From an uncultured Pirellulales bacterium (GTDB lineage Bacteria > Planctomycetota > Phycisphaerae > Sedimentisphaerales > Anaerobacaceae), in the NCBI GenBank assembly GCA_964395535.1, contig CAYNDE010000001.1, positions 1-44,342 of the forward strand: DNA of 44,342 nucleotides, given 5' to 3'. The notes beneath the pieces were generated by a model that worked only from the letters and a program-made list of their open reading frames with translations, made no database searches and was not told where the DNA came from. A program made the translations under genes and the position numbers. This document shows positions 1-9,821 of this stretch, in pieces. Position 1 is the stretch's first letter, and each line of letters opens with the position of its first letter.

Positions 1-655
1 GAATCTGGATTTTCGCCTCGTACGGATGGACGTGGATGTCACTGGCTCTTAGCTGAAGGGCGCGAAAGAGGATATCGTTTACAAGCCTGATAACGGGCGG
101 GCGATTGACGACATCAAGCAGGTCATCGGAAGCAGCAACTTCGTCCGCAAGCTGGTCTATATTCTGGGAATCGAGCTCTTCTGCAACCTCTTCGATGACA
201 GTGGTTCTCTGCTCGTATGCGACGTCGATTGCGGATGTGATTGCGGCACGGGTTGCTATGGCGGCTCTGACGGGCATATTCGTCATCTTCGAGACGTTAT
301 CGAGAGCGTCCGTATCGAGCGGCCTCGAAAGGACGACGGTAAGCTCATCGGCGTTCTGTGCATCGTAGCCGGGACCATCAGTTTTTATACCGATAAGATA
401 ATGGTGCTGGGCATAAGTGGCCGGGACGGACTCTACAAATTCGGAGGGGACAGCCTTTGGGGGAATCTCATCAAGATACTGCTGGCCGAGCGCGACGGCA
501 AAGAGTTTTAAGATTGATTCTTCTGTGAAATAAGGGCAGGTAAGCAGGAACTGGTCGATGGGCTGGTCGCTCTGGTTATTTTTGAGATAGTCGGCCAGTT
601 TTCCGGCATCGAGCAGGCCGGTCTCTCTTGCTGTTTTTATAAGCAGGTTTTTCAT
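1..655 (-). CDS. gspE: Type II secretion / type IV pilus ATPase, GspE/PilB family; N-terminal 218 codons only, with the 3' end running off the window
   Basis: Absent from the ORF track because it is open at the window edge. Reading the reverse complement from the ATG at 655-653 gives MKNLLIKTARETGLLDAGKLADYLKNNQSDQPIDQF...DLLDVVNRPPVIRLVNDILFRALQLRASDIHVHPYEAKIQI, with no stop down to position 2. The NRPPVIRLVN...ASDIH.xP block is characteristic of GspE/PilB. The gene lies directly downstream of the secretin, as in gspC-D-E operons. Confidence 0.8.
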   Translation of the reverse strand, partial: MKNLLIKTARETGLLDAGKLADYLKNNQSDQPIDQFLLTCPYFTEESILKLFAVALGQQYLDEIPPKAVPSEFVESVPATYAQHHYLIGIKTDGPGYDAQNADELTVVLSRPLDTDALDNVSKMTNMPVRAAIATRAAITSAIDVAYEQRTTVIEEVAEELDSQNIDQLADEVAASDDLLDVVNRPPVIRLVNDILFRALQLRASDIHVHPYEAKIQI

Positions 656-817
656 AATCCATCAATTTTTCCCCGGCAACAGCTTCTTTTTCTAACATCT
701 GTTCAGTTTTTACCAGCAAGCCAGCCAAAGAATAGCCCATTTTTCACTTTATTGCAAGATAAGAAATGCTGCAATTTTGCTTTTCTATCAGAATTTATCT
801 GTTTTAGAGCTATTTGT

Positions 818-3800
818 TCAGTCCTCTTCGAGGATTTTAATAGGATCCATAGGTTTCGGTTTTATACCCGGCCAGTCCTCGTATTCCTGCATCTCTTTCT
901 CATAATTTTCGAATCTAGCCCTGTTTTGTTTGGATATTTTAATTATATCCGATTCTTCAGTTATTTCAGACGCTGGTCTTAAGATGTTGGCTTTAACAAA
1001 AACGTAAAGACGGTTCTGCGTATCGGTATTAGAAACATTTCTAAACAGACCACCAATAAGCGGAATATCTCCGAGGATAGGTACCTTTGTTCCGCCTTTA
1101 AGCTGGTTCAACTTTTCAAGCCCGCCCAAAATTATTGTTCTCTGGTTCGGAACTGTTATTACGGTTTGTACATTGCTTGTCAGCAGATCCGGGGGTGTCG
1201 GTCCTTTTAGCGTACTGCCCTGAACATCAAGATTATAATCATCTCTCGGTCTAAAGTCAGTTCTGGTCATTGTAATTTCAAGTCTGAGCAAATCACCCTC
1301 GCTGATATGAGGTGTAATATCGAGTTTGATCTCAGCAGTATATTCTCTGGTACTTACATCTAAAGTTGCAGTTGCAGTTGAACCGGCTACGCCGGGGATC
1401 ACAGTCGTCTTTGGTGAAACAATTGTCTGGGTCTCCGTTGTGTTTATTGTGCCCATTTCGTTGTCGTTAACCAGAAGTTTTGGCTTTGCCAATATTCTTC
1501 CATAATTCTTTTTATCCATAGCTTCAAATATCGCCTGAATATGATCATCGGCATAGAAGGCTTTTCCTCCTGCATCTCTAACTGAACTTGCTTCCCACAT
1601 TCTCCTTCCGGGATCTGTCGCAAGAAGGCTTACAGGAGTTAAAGTTCCGGTTCCAAGCACTTTTGTGATAGTCGGGTATTTTGTTATCAAATCCAGATCA
1701 AGTGTGAAGTCATCGTTTTTACTTATTTCAACTAAGGTGACATCTATTAAGACCTGCGGTCTTCTTTTGTCGAGTTGTCTTATGAGAGATTCAATCCACT
1801 GCTGATTTTTCTTGCTTGCATAAACGATTATCGAGAAGGTGTTTTTGTCGGCGAGGATAGTGATATCCTCCTCAGTCTTTCTGGTGGTTTCCGTACTCAC
1901 CACTTTGCCGGTCGGGTCTTTTCTCTCTATGGTCTGCTCGATAAGCTGATTCAAGACGGTGGCGAGCTCTTCGGGGTCCTGGTTTTCGAGAGGATAGACG
2001 ACATAGTTAATGGCAGCCTCTTCGGGCTGGGCATCGACAAAACCTATTATCATAGCAATCTGTGCGTGCTGCTCGACGGTGGCATTAACGAGAAGTGAAT
2101 TGGTCGATTCTATAATGACGACCTGGGGCTCTTCTATTAGTGGCTCCTGCTCGGAAGAAGCACCGGACACCTCAGCCGTGATTCTGCCGCTTGGAGGTGT
2201 GCCTGCGGGGGGTTCTATTCTGCCGGGAGCCGTTCTGCCAGTAGTTGTTGTTCCTTGGGTACGAGTTGTTGACCTTGTTCGGCCTGCAGCGGGAGCTGAA
2301 CTGATAATCCCGAGCTCCTGCAATTTACTTGTTACCTCGGCTGCATCTACATTTTGAATTTCGTACAGCCGCAGAGAGCGAACATCCTGCTGCTGAACAT
2401 CAAGAGTATCAATAAGGCTTTCAACTGTGTCAAGCTGTTCCGCCAGGCCAATCATAAGAATGCGGTTTGTTCTTTCATCAACATCAAGATAAACAGACCC
2501 CGGTTCGGCGGCGGTTCTGGCAGCAGGTGTGGTAGTCGGGCGTCCGGCGCGGGCTTCACGGGCTACCCGCGCTCTGTAGGCGGCTGTTGACTCACCCTGC
2601 CTCCTCGGGCTGGGAGCAGTCGGCTGCGCCGCGGCAGCTCCTACAGTAATCGATACAGTCCCAAGCTGGTCTGCGAGCGACTTGATTTTGTCCTTAAGGG
2701 TGGTGGCCATTGTGTATTTCAATTGTCTGAATCGAAATTCTTTTTCCGGTCCTGGTATATCAACCAAACTGAGCAATTGTGCGATACGAGGCATTCTGTA
2801 GGCGTAGCCGGTAACAATAAGCAAGCCTGCTTCAGAAGCAGAGGTATTAATATCTTCGCCGAGATTCATACCAACGAGAAGGTTCTTGGCGTTTTCGGCG
2901 TCAATGTAGTTGAGCTCAAAGATACGCGTTACGATAACGTCACCGACACGAACCTCGCCTTTTCCAGACTCGATAATTACAGGGTCAATATCCTTTGCCT
3001 GGGCCTTCGGGGCTATAATCACAAGATTATCTCCGGTTCGGGTCATTACGAGACCCTTGTACTTAAGGACGGCCTCGACGAGGGGATACAATTCTTTAAT
3101 GCGAATCTGGCCTCTGTTTTTTCCACTAAGCTTGAGTGTTACCTCACCCTGGACCTGGGCCGGGTCGTACATATAATTGATATTTAAGTATTCGCCGGCG
3201 AGTCCCAGCAGGTCGACGATTTTCAGCTTTTCAGGCACTTCTATGGTGAGCTGTTCATTGCTGTCGATTACAGGCTCCGGCTGATAGGAGCGGATTTGCT
3301 CTATCTGCTCCGCATCTGACGGCCGAGGCTCATTCTGGTCCGGGATTTTTTGTTCCACCGCCGTTGCGATTTTTTCAGGCTGCTGTAGTTCTCCCGGCCT
3401 TTGGATTATTTGTTCCTCTTCCTCGACAGCCAGTTTATTTGGCTCATTTACTTCGGCCAAGCCGCTTTCGTTTATATCTGCCACCAGAAACTCATTAATA
3501 TCAATACCTTCTATTTCATTTACACCCGCAATCTCAGAGAGTAGATTTATATCAGGAATTCTTATCTCGTTAGAACCAGGTTTTTTGAGCTCATTAGCAT
3601 CAACGTCAGTCCTATGTTCCGGCATTGTCGGCTGGTTCGTATCGGCAGGCAAATTAGCGTCGATTTGATATTCTTGTACAGGCGGCAGAGCTTCGGTTAT
3701 GACTTTTTCTATTGGGCTGAATTTACCAATAGGAGCTATAATCACCAGCTTTTCTTCCTGCCGGTCGATAATAGCTTTGGGCCCAACTCCAGCAGGAGGC

Positions 3801-4252
3801 TCAGATAAACTACCTATCAGAATATCACCTATTCGGGAAGCTATTTCTTCATTCGTGGGCACATCATTAAAATCCGGAGGTATCGAGATTGATCTAATTA
3901 CAAACTTATCTTCGGCGTCGACGATCTTTACAAGCTGACCCGCCTTTGTAAGTTCCGGCCGCTGGCCTGTCATAGAAAACATATCTTCTCTAAGAATCTG
4001 GACTTCAACATCTATGCCGGCTAAATCGAGATATTTCTCTGCCTGCTCAGCGGATATACGTTTCAGGTTAAAAACTCTGTACCTCGGAGGTTCCGGGAGA
4101 TGTTTTTCCGCTGAGGTTCGCTCGTTTGCGATACTAATGCCGTCATCGAAAAAAAACGCAAAGAAGGCAAGTATAACAACCATAACCTTCAGCCAAAACA
4201 ACCTGTGAAGGCTATCTTTATCATTTTTATTCAAAATCATAGATGGCTCCAT
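818..4252 (-). CDS. gspD: Secretin (GspD/PilQ family), unusually long (1144 aa), with low-complexity linkers
   Basis: C-terminal secretin signature GGTKVPILGDIPLIGGLFRNVSNTDTQNRLYVFVKANIL. Hydrophobic N-terminus LFWLKVMVVILAFFAFFF (signal or anchor). Flanked by a GspC-like gene and gspE. The second ATG at 4240 (MILNKND...) has a GGAG 6 nt upstream and may be the true start. Confidence 0.85.
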   Translation of the reverse strand: MEPSMILNKNDKDSLHRLFWLKVMVVILAFFAFFFDDGISIANERTSAEKHLPEPPRYRVFNLKRISAEQAEKYLDLAGIDVEVQILREDMFSMTGQRPELTKAGQLVKIVDAEDKFVIRSISIPPDFNDVPTNEEIASRIGDILIGSLSEPPAGVGPKAIIDRQEEKLVIIAPIGKFSPIEKVITEALPPVQEYQIDANLPADTNQPTMPEHRTDVDANELKKPGSNEIRIPDINLLSEIAGVNEIEGIDINEFLVADINESGLAEVNEPNKLAVEEEEQIIQRPGELQQPEKIATAVEQKIPDQNEPRPSDAEQIEQIRSYQPEPVIDSNEQLTIEVPEKLKIVDLLGLAGEYLNINYMYDPAQVQGEVTLKLSGKNRGQIRIKELYPLVEAVLKYKGLVMTRTGDNLVIIAPKAQAKDIDPVIIESGKGEVRVGDVIVTRIFELNYIDAENAKNLLVGMNLGEDINTSASEAGLLIVTGYAYRMPRIAQLLSLVDIPGPEKEFRFRQLKYTMATTLKDKIKSLADQLGTVSITVGAAAAQPTAPSPRRQGESTAAYRARVAREARAGRPTTTPAARTAAEPGSVYLDVDERTNRILMIGLAEQLDTVESLIDTLDVQQQDVRSLRLYEIQNVDAAEVTSKLQELGIISSAPAAGRTRSTTRTQGTTTTGRTAPGRIEPPAGTPPSGRITAEVSGASSEQEPLIEEPQVVIIESTNSLLVNATVEQHAQIAMIIGFVDAQPEEAAINYVVYPLENQDPEELATVLNQLIEQTIERKDPTGKVVSTETTRKTEEDITILADKNTFSIIVYASKKNQQWIESLIRQLDKRRPQVLIDVTLVEISKNDDFTLDLDLITKYPTITKVLGTGTLTPVSLLATDPGRRMWEASSVRDAGGKAFYADDHIQAIFEAMDKKNYGRILAKPKLLVNDNEMGTINTTETQTIVSPKTTVIPGVAGSTATATLDVSTREYTAEIKLDITPHISEGDLLRLEITMTRTDFRPRDDYNLDVQGSTLKGPTPPDLLTSNVQTVITVPNQRTIILGGLEKLNQLKGGTKVPILGDIPLIGGLFRNVSNTDTQNRLYVFVKANILRPASEITEESDIIKISKQNRARFENYEKEMQEYEDWPGIKPKPMDPIKILEED

Positions 4253-4570
4253 AAGCTACGTACAGAGCGCATAACTATTAAGTGCCGCTCCATAATTGCA
4301 TTTATCGGGCACCTTGGCCTGTAACTGTTGCAGAACCCATTTGCGGGATATTTTAAGCCCGCTTTCATATGACACTCCAAAGCATTAATAAAGGATAAAA
4401 TCACCTTATTTATAAGACATAAAAAGCGGCTAAAAGTTCCCATTTTTCGTTCAAAAACGGCCGATAAAGCGACCGAAAATAACGAAAGTACAAGCATTAC
4501 AAATACTTAGCTTTTGAGAGGATTTTGTTTGGAGCTCCTGGTAAAGGAGCAGGATACGTTCTTATATTGG

Positions 4571-5569
4571 TTACCTCAGGACCGGTGGTCTTCTTCTTGG
4601 GCTTGCGGGGGCCTTATTTACCTTCGGCTGATTTGGGTCCTTTTTCTCGCTGTCCAACTTCTTGCCGAGGTCGTCAAGCTTTTGTGCTTCTTTTCCGCCT
4701 ATCCTCATATTTTCAAGCTCTGAGAAATACTTTTCCATTAAGGCGTCAGTTTCCATAAAGCTTTTTTCCCGCGAGGCCTCATCTTCGAAGGGTCCGGCTA
4801 AAATACCATCAAGCTCCTCAATAAACTTATCAAAAATTTCCTGTTCTTCAGCACTTATTACCGGCTCCGAACTCTGCTGGTTTCGAACTGACTCGTCAGA
4901 CCTTTTTGCGGCAGAAATCCGTTCTTCGATTAAAGCTTCCCTCTCAAATCCAATACCATTGGTTAAAACAGGGGAGCTATCAGTTGGGAGTTTTGACGCA
5001 CCCGTGGTTGACTTTCCAACAACAAGAGAAGTTTCAACAGGCCTTGCAACCATATCAAGTGGATAAGTCCTTGCGCCATCGTTAATAATAACAGAACCTT
5101 CCTTTATTTCTTTTATAATCAGGTGACCAACAACATCAGACGGTCTTACCCATCTTCGGTCCCCGCCGGGTGCGTCAATCAAGGCGACCGACAGGGCCGG
5201 ATTTGATTCGTGTACACAGGTGGCAATAAGATTAAACTTAGCAGTTCTGGATACCGATTGAACAGGGGGCAAGGCCGCTGTTTTTCTCGGGGCCGGCGGT
5301 TTTACTATTTCGGCTTTCGGTTCCGGTTTTGGAGGATTAAGATATTCGGCAAAATCTTCAGCCTCTTTTACAAGCGGAGGTTTCTGGTCGGTGTCTTTTT
5401 TTGCTCTCTCGCCTCGATTCTTTTTAAATCTTTCTACGACGCTTTGAACGTCATAAGATTTTTTGTTTTTTGCACCGCTGTTATTTGCTCCCAAGACTAC
5501 AGGCAGAGCTACAATAATAACAACCAGCAAAGCTGTCAGAATACTTGCTATTCTAACGGTTTTTATCAT
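4571..5569 (-). CDS. Membrane-anchored GspC/PilP-like protein (no PDZ domain recognised)
   Basis: N-terminal TM segment IASILTALLVVIIVALPVVLG. The central segment FNLIATCVHESNPALSVALIDAPGGDRRWVRPSDVVGHLIIKEIKEGSVIINDG resembles the GspC HR / PilP beta-domain pattern. It sits immediately upstream of the secretin. Assigned from pattern recall and synteny only. Confidence 0.45.
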   Translation of the reverse strand: MIKTVRIASILTALLVVIIVALPVVLGANNSGAKNKKSYDVQSVVERFKKNRGERAKKDTDQKPPLVKEAEDFAEYLNPPKPEPKAEIVKPPAPRKTAALPPVQSVSRTAKFNLIATCVHESNPALSVALIDAPGGDRRWVRPSDVVGHLIIKEIKEGSVIINDGARTYPLDMVARPVETSLVVGKSTTGASKLPTDSSPVLTNGIGFEREALIEERISAAKRSDESVRNQQSSEPVISAEEQEIFDKFIEELDGILAGPFEDEASREKSFMETDALMEKYFSELENMRIGGKEAQKLDDLGKKLDSEKKDPNQPKVNKAPASPRRRPPVLR

Positions 5570-5966
5570 CTTTTTATCTCATCAACAAGTGAGCATAGTC
5601 ATATCAAAAAAAGCTTACAAGCCGCCTATAAATTATGTCGGCCTCTAATATTAAGACGTTATCGGCAATATTTTGTTCCCTCCCAACGGATATTTTCTCA
5701 AAATAATTTATGACATCAGAGGCTGTTATACGAATAGTCAAGGCTTTTCGTGTCCGAATTATTCCTCCAGGATAATAATGATTCAGAACTTATATAACAG
5801 CTTATTTTCGCGCAAATTCGTTTAGCACCGATAAAAGCTGTTTTTATGCAGTCAGGCCGACCTGGATTAAAAGCTAAGTTTAATCACCGCCTGCGCCACA
5901 TATTCGTCTGTTTCGTAACAACGAGACAAAACTGGCAGGCTTTCACTAAAAAGGTTATTATATTTT

Positions 5967-7118
5967 TCAACTTCCTTCATAAAAGCCGCGACAGGCGACT
6001 TTAAGCTGCTTACCGCCTTTGATTGCAACAATCAAGTTATCCTGAAAAGACCTTTCTTTTCTCCCTAATTCAGGCGGATCTATCTGTAATTTAAGCTTAT
6101 AACTGCCTTTATCTACTTTTTCGCTGCTGAGTACCTTCACAAAACCTTTTTCGGAGGAAAATGACTCGATATCAAAATCCCCATTATAGTTATCCGTCAC
6201 CCAGACGTCTTCTTTTATTACTGTTTTTCCGGGCTGAGCCTTGAAAACAAGAATAACAGCCGGTCGGCTCGAAAATTCCGCCGGTGCGCTATAACTGATA
6301 GTAAGCAGACTGCAATCGGGGTGGTCGAGATAAACCCGCACGTGACCGCTCAAGTTCTGTTCGAGCTTCTCCATATCCACCTGCGGCTTGAGAACAAATT
6401 CAGTTGCCTTTTCATTCGGGTCGAAGTCTGCAACTATGATATCAAGATTCGATTTAAATTGTGCTATAGAAAATTGTTTTCCATCAAGACTTCGAATCTT
6501 GATTTCAGGGCAACCGGCGTTTTCTTGTTTAAGTGACAGGCTAATCGTTTCCGGTTCGTAATCGATTACTTTTTTGACAGATGCTTGTACCGTGAGTGTA
6601 ACGCTCGGGTTCTTTTTATCGTTACTCAAGACATATAAATTTTTCTTTATGGGGACTGATGCAACACCGGCCTTTAAACTAACATCAATTTCGCCGCTTT
6701 CGCCGGGAGCATACTTTTTCTTGGCGAGTTTGGCCACGGTACAACCACAGGTGGACCTGATATTTTTGATTTCGAGGACACCGCCGCCAATATTTGTAAA
6801 CTTAAATTTGCATTCACTACTCGACTTCGGAGATACCTGTCCGAAATCGTGCATTTTAGATACGAATTTGATTTCCGGCCCCGAGCTTTTGGATTCGGCT
6901 TGAACTGTTTTCTCAGGCTCTTTTACCGACACACTTTCAGGCATTTTTTCAACAGGTGTTTTTCCTTCAGCAGAGAGCTTTTGACTTTCCAACAATTTTG
7001 CTGCATCCGGCTTTGCCTCAGTTGTTCTTTGTTGTGGACTCTGCTCTTCGCAGCCGCCGAAGACAAAAACTAAGGAAAAAACAACTAAAATGCACAAAGT
7101 AAAATATAAGCATTTCAT
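5967..7118 (-). CDS. DUF1573-type lipoprotein
   Basis: Lipobox-like VFGGC after a hydrophobic signal. FKFTNIGGGVLEIKNIRSTCGCTVAKL matches the DUF1573 hallmark (F.F.N.G...L.I.....CGCT). AGGAG lies about 8 nt upstream of the ATG. Confidence 0.6.
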   Translation of the reverse strand: MKCLYFTLCILVVFSLVFVFGGCEEQSPQQRTTEAKPDAAKLLESQKLSAEGKTPVEKMPESVSVKEPEKTVQAESKSSGPEIKFVSKMHDFGQVSPKSSSECKFKFTNIGGGVLEIKNIRSTCGCTVAKLAKKKYAPGESGEIDVSLKAGVASVPIKKNLYVLSNDKKNPSVTLTVQASVKKVIDYEPETISLSLKQENAGCPEIKIRSLDGKQFSIAQFKSNLDIIVADFDPNEKATEFVLKPQVDMEKLEQNLSGHVRVYLDHPDCSLLTISYSAPAEFSSRPAVILVFKAQPGKTVIKEDVWVTDNYNGDFDIESFSSEKGFVKVLSSEKVDKGSYKLKLQIDPPELGRKERSFQDNLIVAIKGGKQLKVACRGFYEGS

Positions 7119-7318
7119 ACTGCTAACTCCTAATTTAACCAGATAAGCTTTTTTCAGTTAAACAATTAATTATAGCAAATAATTTATATTAAGCAATACT
7201 TTTTTGCTCTCAAAATCCCCTTCTGCGGCGGTAATAGGACCTATTCAAAAGCAGGAAGCACATTTTTTTATACTCGGCGAAAAGTGTAAAGGTTTTACAA
7301 AAAATTTACTTACTTACT

Positions 7319-7348
7319 GCCAACCATCAGGCTACTATAGACGTCTAA
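7319..7348 (+). promoter_or_regulatory. Candidate ECF-type (autoregulated) promoter: CCAACC-N16/17-CGTCTAA
   Basis: AAC at 7322-7324 and CGTC at 7342-7345 are separated by 17 nt. The site is about 30 nt upstream of the sigma gene ATG (7375), which has a GGAGCAGG RBS. This resembles the generic GAAC-N16-17-CGT ECF promoter architecture. Single occurrence, judged by eye. Confidence 0.3.
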
Positions 7349-7374
7349 AGAATTAACTGGAGCAGGCAGCCTTA

Positions 7375-7962
7375 ATGGAGATTACAGACAACAGCTTAAT
7401 AGAAGCCCATAATCTGGGAGAGAGTGATGCTTTTGAGCAAATCGTACGCCGGTACGGTCCGGCTTTGTTGGGATATATTATCAAGATGAGCGGCAGCAGA
7501 GAAAAAGCAGAAGACTATTTTCAACAAACCTTTATGAAAGTTTATGAAAAGGCGAATACGTTTCGGCAGGGAAATTTCAAGTCCTGGCTTTTCACCATAG
7601 CAACAAACGTCGTTATGGACGGCTTTCGACGTCAAAAAAGAGCGCCGGCCTTATCGCTAAACGAGATGATTAAAACGGCAAACTCCGATGGCGAAGAATT
7701 TGGAGCGGTTGTTATAGCAGATAATACGAATAATCCTTTTGAAAATGCAGCGCAGGCTGAGCTGGCTGAAAAACTGCGAGGAGCCATAGTCTCGCTGCCG
7801 GCAGGACAGAGAACAGCTCTTGTGCTGAGCTATTATCAGCAGATGAGTTATTCACAGGTAGCAAAAGTGCTGGGCTGCTCGATTGGAACCGTCAAGAAAC
7901 AAATGTATAGAGCATTGAAGAGGCTGGCCGATAAACTACCAGAGCAGCGGAAAATTTTATGA
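7375..7962 (+). CDS. ECF-subfamily sigma-70 factor
   Basis: 195 aa. Region 2 (FEQIVRRYGPALLGYI..., FKSWLFTIATNVVMDGFRR) and the region 4 HTH (SYSQVAKVLGCSIGTVKKQMYRALKRL) are both present. The stop overlaps the next start (ATGA at 7959-7962). Confidence 0.9.
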   Translation: MEITDNSLIEAHNLGESDAFEQIVRRYGPALLGYIIKMSGSREKAEDYFQQTFMKVYEKANTFRQGNFKSWLFTIATNVVMDGFRRQKRAPALSLNEMIKTANSDGEEFGAVVIADNTNNPFENAAQAELAEKLRGAIVSLPAGQRTALVLSYYQQMSYSQVAKVLGCSIGTVKKQMYRALKRLADKLPEQRKIL

Positions 7963-9785
7963 AGAAAAATCATCTGACAGAAAAAGACCTTATTGAATAT
8001 CAATTCAAGTTAGCTTCGCAAGAGCAGATTGCAGAGGCTGCTGAACATCTTAAAGAGTGCGAAAAATGCCGGCAACTCAATGAACGGCTGGCTGCTAAAT
8101 TTTCTTCGCTGGAGCTGCTGCGTGAAGAACCGCAACTAAACGAAGAGCTGGTTTCCAGAGTGCTTGAGAGTATCAAGACATCCCGCCAAACGAAACTGAA
8201 ATTAAAGACGTTTAAGATACCTGCATGGATAGGTGCAGCAGCTGCGGTCCTGCTCGTAGCATCGCTGCTGGTGGTTTCGGAAATCAAGGAACAGAGAAGA
8301 AGCAAATTAATAGAAGGCCTGAGGACAGATGAGCCTAAATCAACAGAAAAGTATGCTTATGACAGCAGAGAAACCGCGACTGAACGTGAGAGCGAAATCA
8401 GGGGGGAATCAGAAGAATTGGGACGCCGTCTCATTGCCGGCGACCGAATAGTATCAAGACAAGAAGATGAGGAGCCGCCATTTGCACCGGCCAGTGCTAT
8501 TGAGCTGGTAACACTGCCGAGAAGAGAAAGTGTTCAAACTACTATTTACAATTCTGCGGACCTGACACTTGTTCGCGAGAGACGCAATCTTACGCTAAAG
8601 AAAGGCTGGAACTGGCTGCAGTTTATGTGGGCAAATACTTTGATTGACCCGACGAGCCTTAATCTGGAGCCGCTCGAAGAAAAAGAAAAAATCGAGATTG
8701 AGCAGCTTGTATTCCCGCCTCGATTAAAAGAGGTCGGCAGATGGCTCATACATTCCGAAGTCGAAGGGCAGGTACCGTTCGAGATAACTTATTTTACCTC
8801 GGGATTAAGCTGGCGGGCATTTTATATGGGGACATTAACCGAAGATGAAAAAACGATGCGGCTCGAAGGCTACGTGCGGGTGACAAATAACAGCGGCGAA
8901 GATTACGAAAATGCCCAAACACGGCTGATAGTCGGAACGGTGCATATGCTCGACGAGATAGCCGAGCTTGCCAGACGACAATGGCCTTATGGCCGGCCGG
9001 GAGAACTTCTACCTTTATCTTCACATGAAAAAGAAGAACTTAGTCAAATGCGAGGGGTTGCGGTACAACAATATTATAGTTTATCTATAACAAAAGACGA
9101 ATTGAGACAAAAAGTAATCACAAAGGAAGGCCTGAGCGAGTATTTTCTTTACACGATTGAGGGGATAGAAACGATAGAAACCGGCTGGTCAAAAAGGCTG
9201 GTAAGTTTCACAGCAGATGATGTGCCGGTTGTTAATCTTTATAAATATGAGCAGCAGCGATACGGCAATTCGGTTATAAGATTTCTAAGTTTTAAAAATG
9301 ATGAAAAGCACAAGCTCGGCGAAACACCAATACCCGGAGGGACGCTGAAGGTTTACCGCAGTGTCGATGATGCGGGGCACTTATCATATACAGGACAATC
9401 AGCCTTCAAATACATACCCATAGACGAGGAAGTCGAACTAAATCTCGGGCCCGTAGAAAATGTTGTTGTTGAGCCGATACTTATGGAGTTTTCAACGGAA
9501 AACTTCAAATTTGATAGTAAAGGCAATATTGCCGGCTGGGACGAGGTGCGAACGTATAATATCGAAGTTCGCAATACGAGAGACATACCTGTTAAGGTCG
9601 AGATTAAAAGAAACTTTGCGAGCCAATACTGGGATATCACCAAGAAAGGCGATTTTGACAGTTTCGAGAAGGAGGATTTGGATACGGTCAAGTTTACAGT
9701 CGAGCTTAAGCCGGAAACAAAAAAGGAGTTCGAATATACACTCAGGACTTACCACGGTATCCGGCAGCAAGACTGGAATAATTGA
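7959..9785 (+). CDS. Transmembrane anti-sigma factor: zf-HC2 (ZAS) domain, one TM helix, acidic linker, and a large extracytoplasmic DUF4139/DUF4140-like domain
   Basis: Translationally coupled to the ECF sigma gene. H-x3-C-x2-C motif HLKECEKC at residues 30-37. TM helix IPAWIGAAAAVLLVASLLVVS. Residues from about 182 to 608 are roughly 75 percent identical to the free-standing protein at 12388-13734 (for example VTLPRRESVQTTIYNSADLTLVRERRNLTLKKG versus VTLPGRDTVQLTIYNSADMTLVRESRALTLKEG). The DUF4139 call is from memory of that family's pattern. Confidence 0.7.
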   Translation: MKKNHLTEKDLIEYQFKLASQEQIAEAAEHLKECEKCRQLNERLAAKFSSLELLREEPQLNEELVSRVLESIKTSRQTKLKLKTFKIPAWIGAAAAVLLVASLLVVSEIKEQRRSKLIEGLRTDEPKSTEKYAYDSRETATERESEIRGESEELGRRLIAGDRIVSRQEDEEPPFAPASAIELVTLPRRESVQTTIYNSADLTLVRERRNLTLKKGWNWLQFMWANTLIDPTSLNLEPLEEKEKIEIEQLVFPPRLKEVGRWLIHSEVEGQVPFEITYFTSGLSWRAFYMGTLTEDEKTMRLEGYVRVTNNSGEDYENAQTRLIVGTVHMLDEIAELARRQWPYGRPGELLPLSSHEKEELSQMRGVAVQQYYSLSITKDELRQKVITKEGLSEYFLYTIEGIETIETGWSKRLVSFTADDVPVVNLYKYEQQRYGNSVIRFLSFKNDEKHKLGETPIPGGTLKVYRSVDDAGHLSYTGQSAFKYIPIDEEVELNLGPVENVVVEPILMEFSTENFKFDSKGNIAGWDEVRTYNIEVRNTRDIPVKVEIKRNFASQYWDITKKGDFDSFEKEDLDTVKFTVELKPETKKEFEYTLRTYHGIRQQDWNN

Positions 9786-9821
9786 GTATATGAATACGAA
9801 GGGTAAATTAAGAAGATAGAA

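Noticed and set aside
105-368. 87-aa plus-strand ORF (Ser/Ala-rich) at the left edge
   Set aside because: It is low-complexity and lies antisense to a much better supported partial gspE reading frame, so it is a shadow ORF.
1775-4208. Numerous 60-150-aa plus-strand ORFs inside the secretin gene (for example 2010-2357 and 2723-3187)
   Set aside because: All are antisense to a 1144-aa ORF with a clear secretin signature. Their composition is low-complexity or hydrophobic junk, and none has an RBS.
4237-4497. 86-aa minus-strand ORF in the 318-bp gap between the GspC-like gene and the secretin
   Set aside because: It overlaps the secretin start, has no RBS and an odd Cys/Phe-rich composition. 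It is more likely non-coding spacer containing small hairpins (GCTCCT/AGGAGC, GCGGG/CCCGC).
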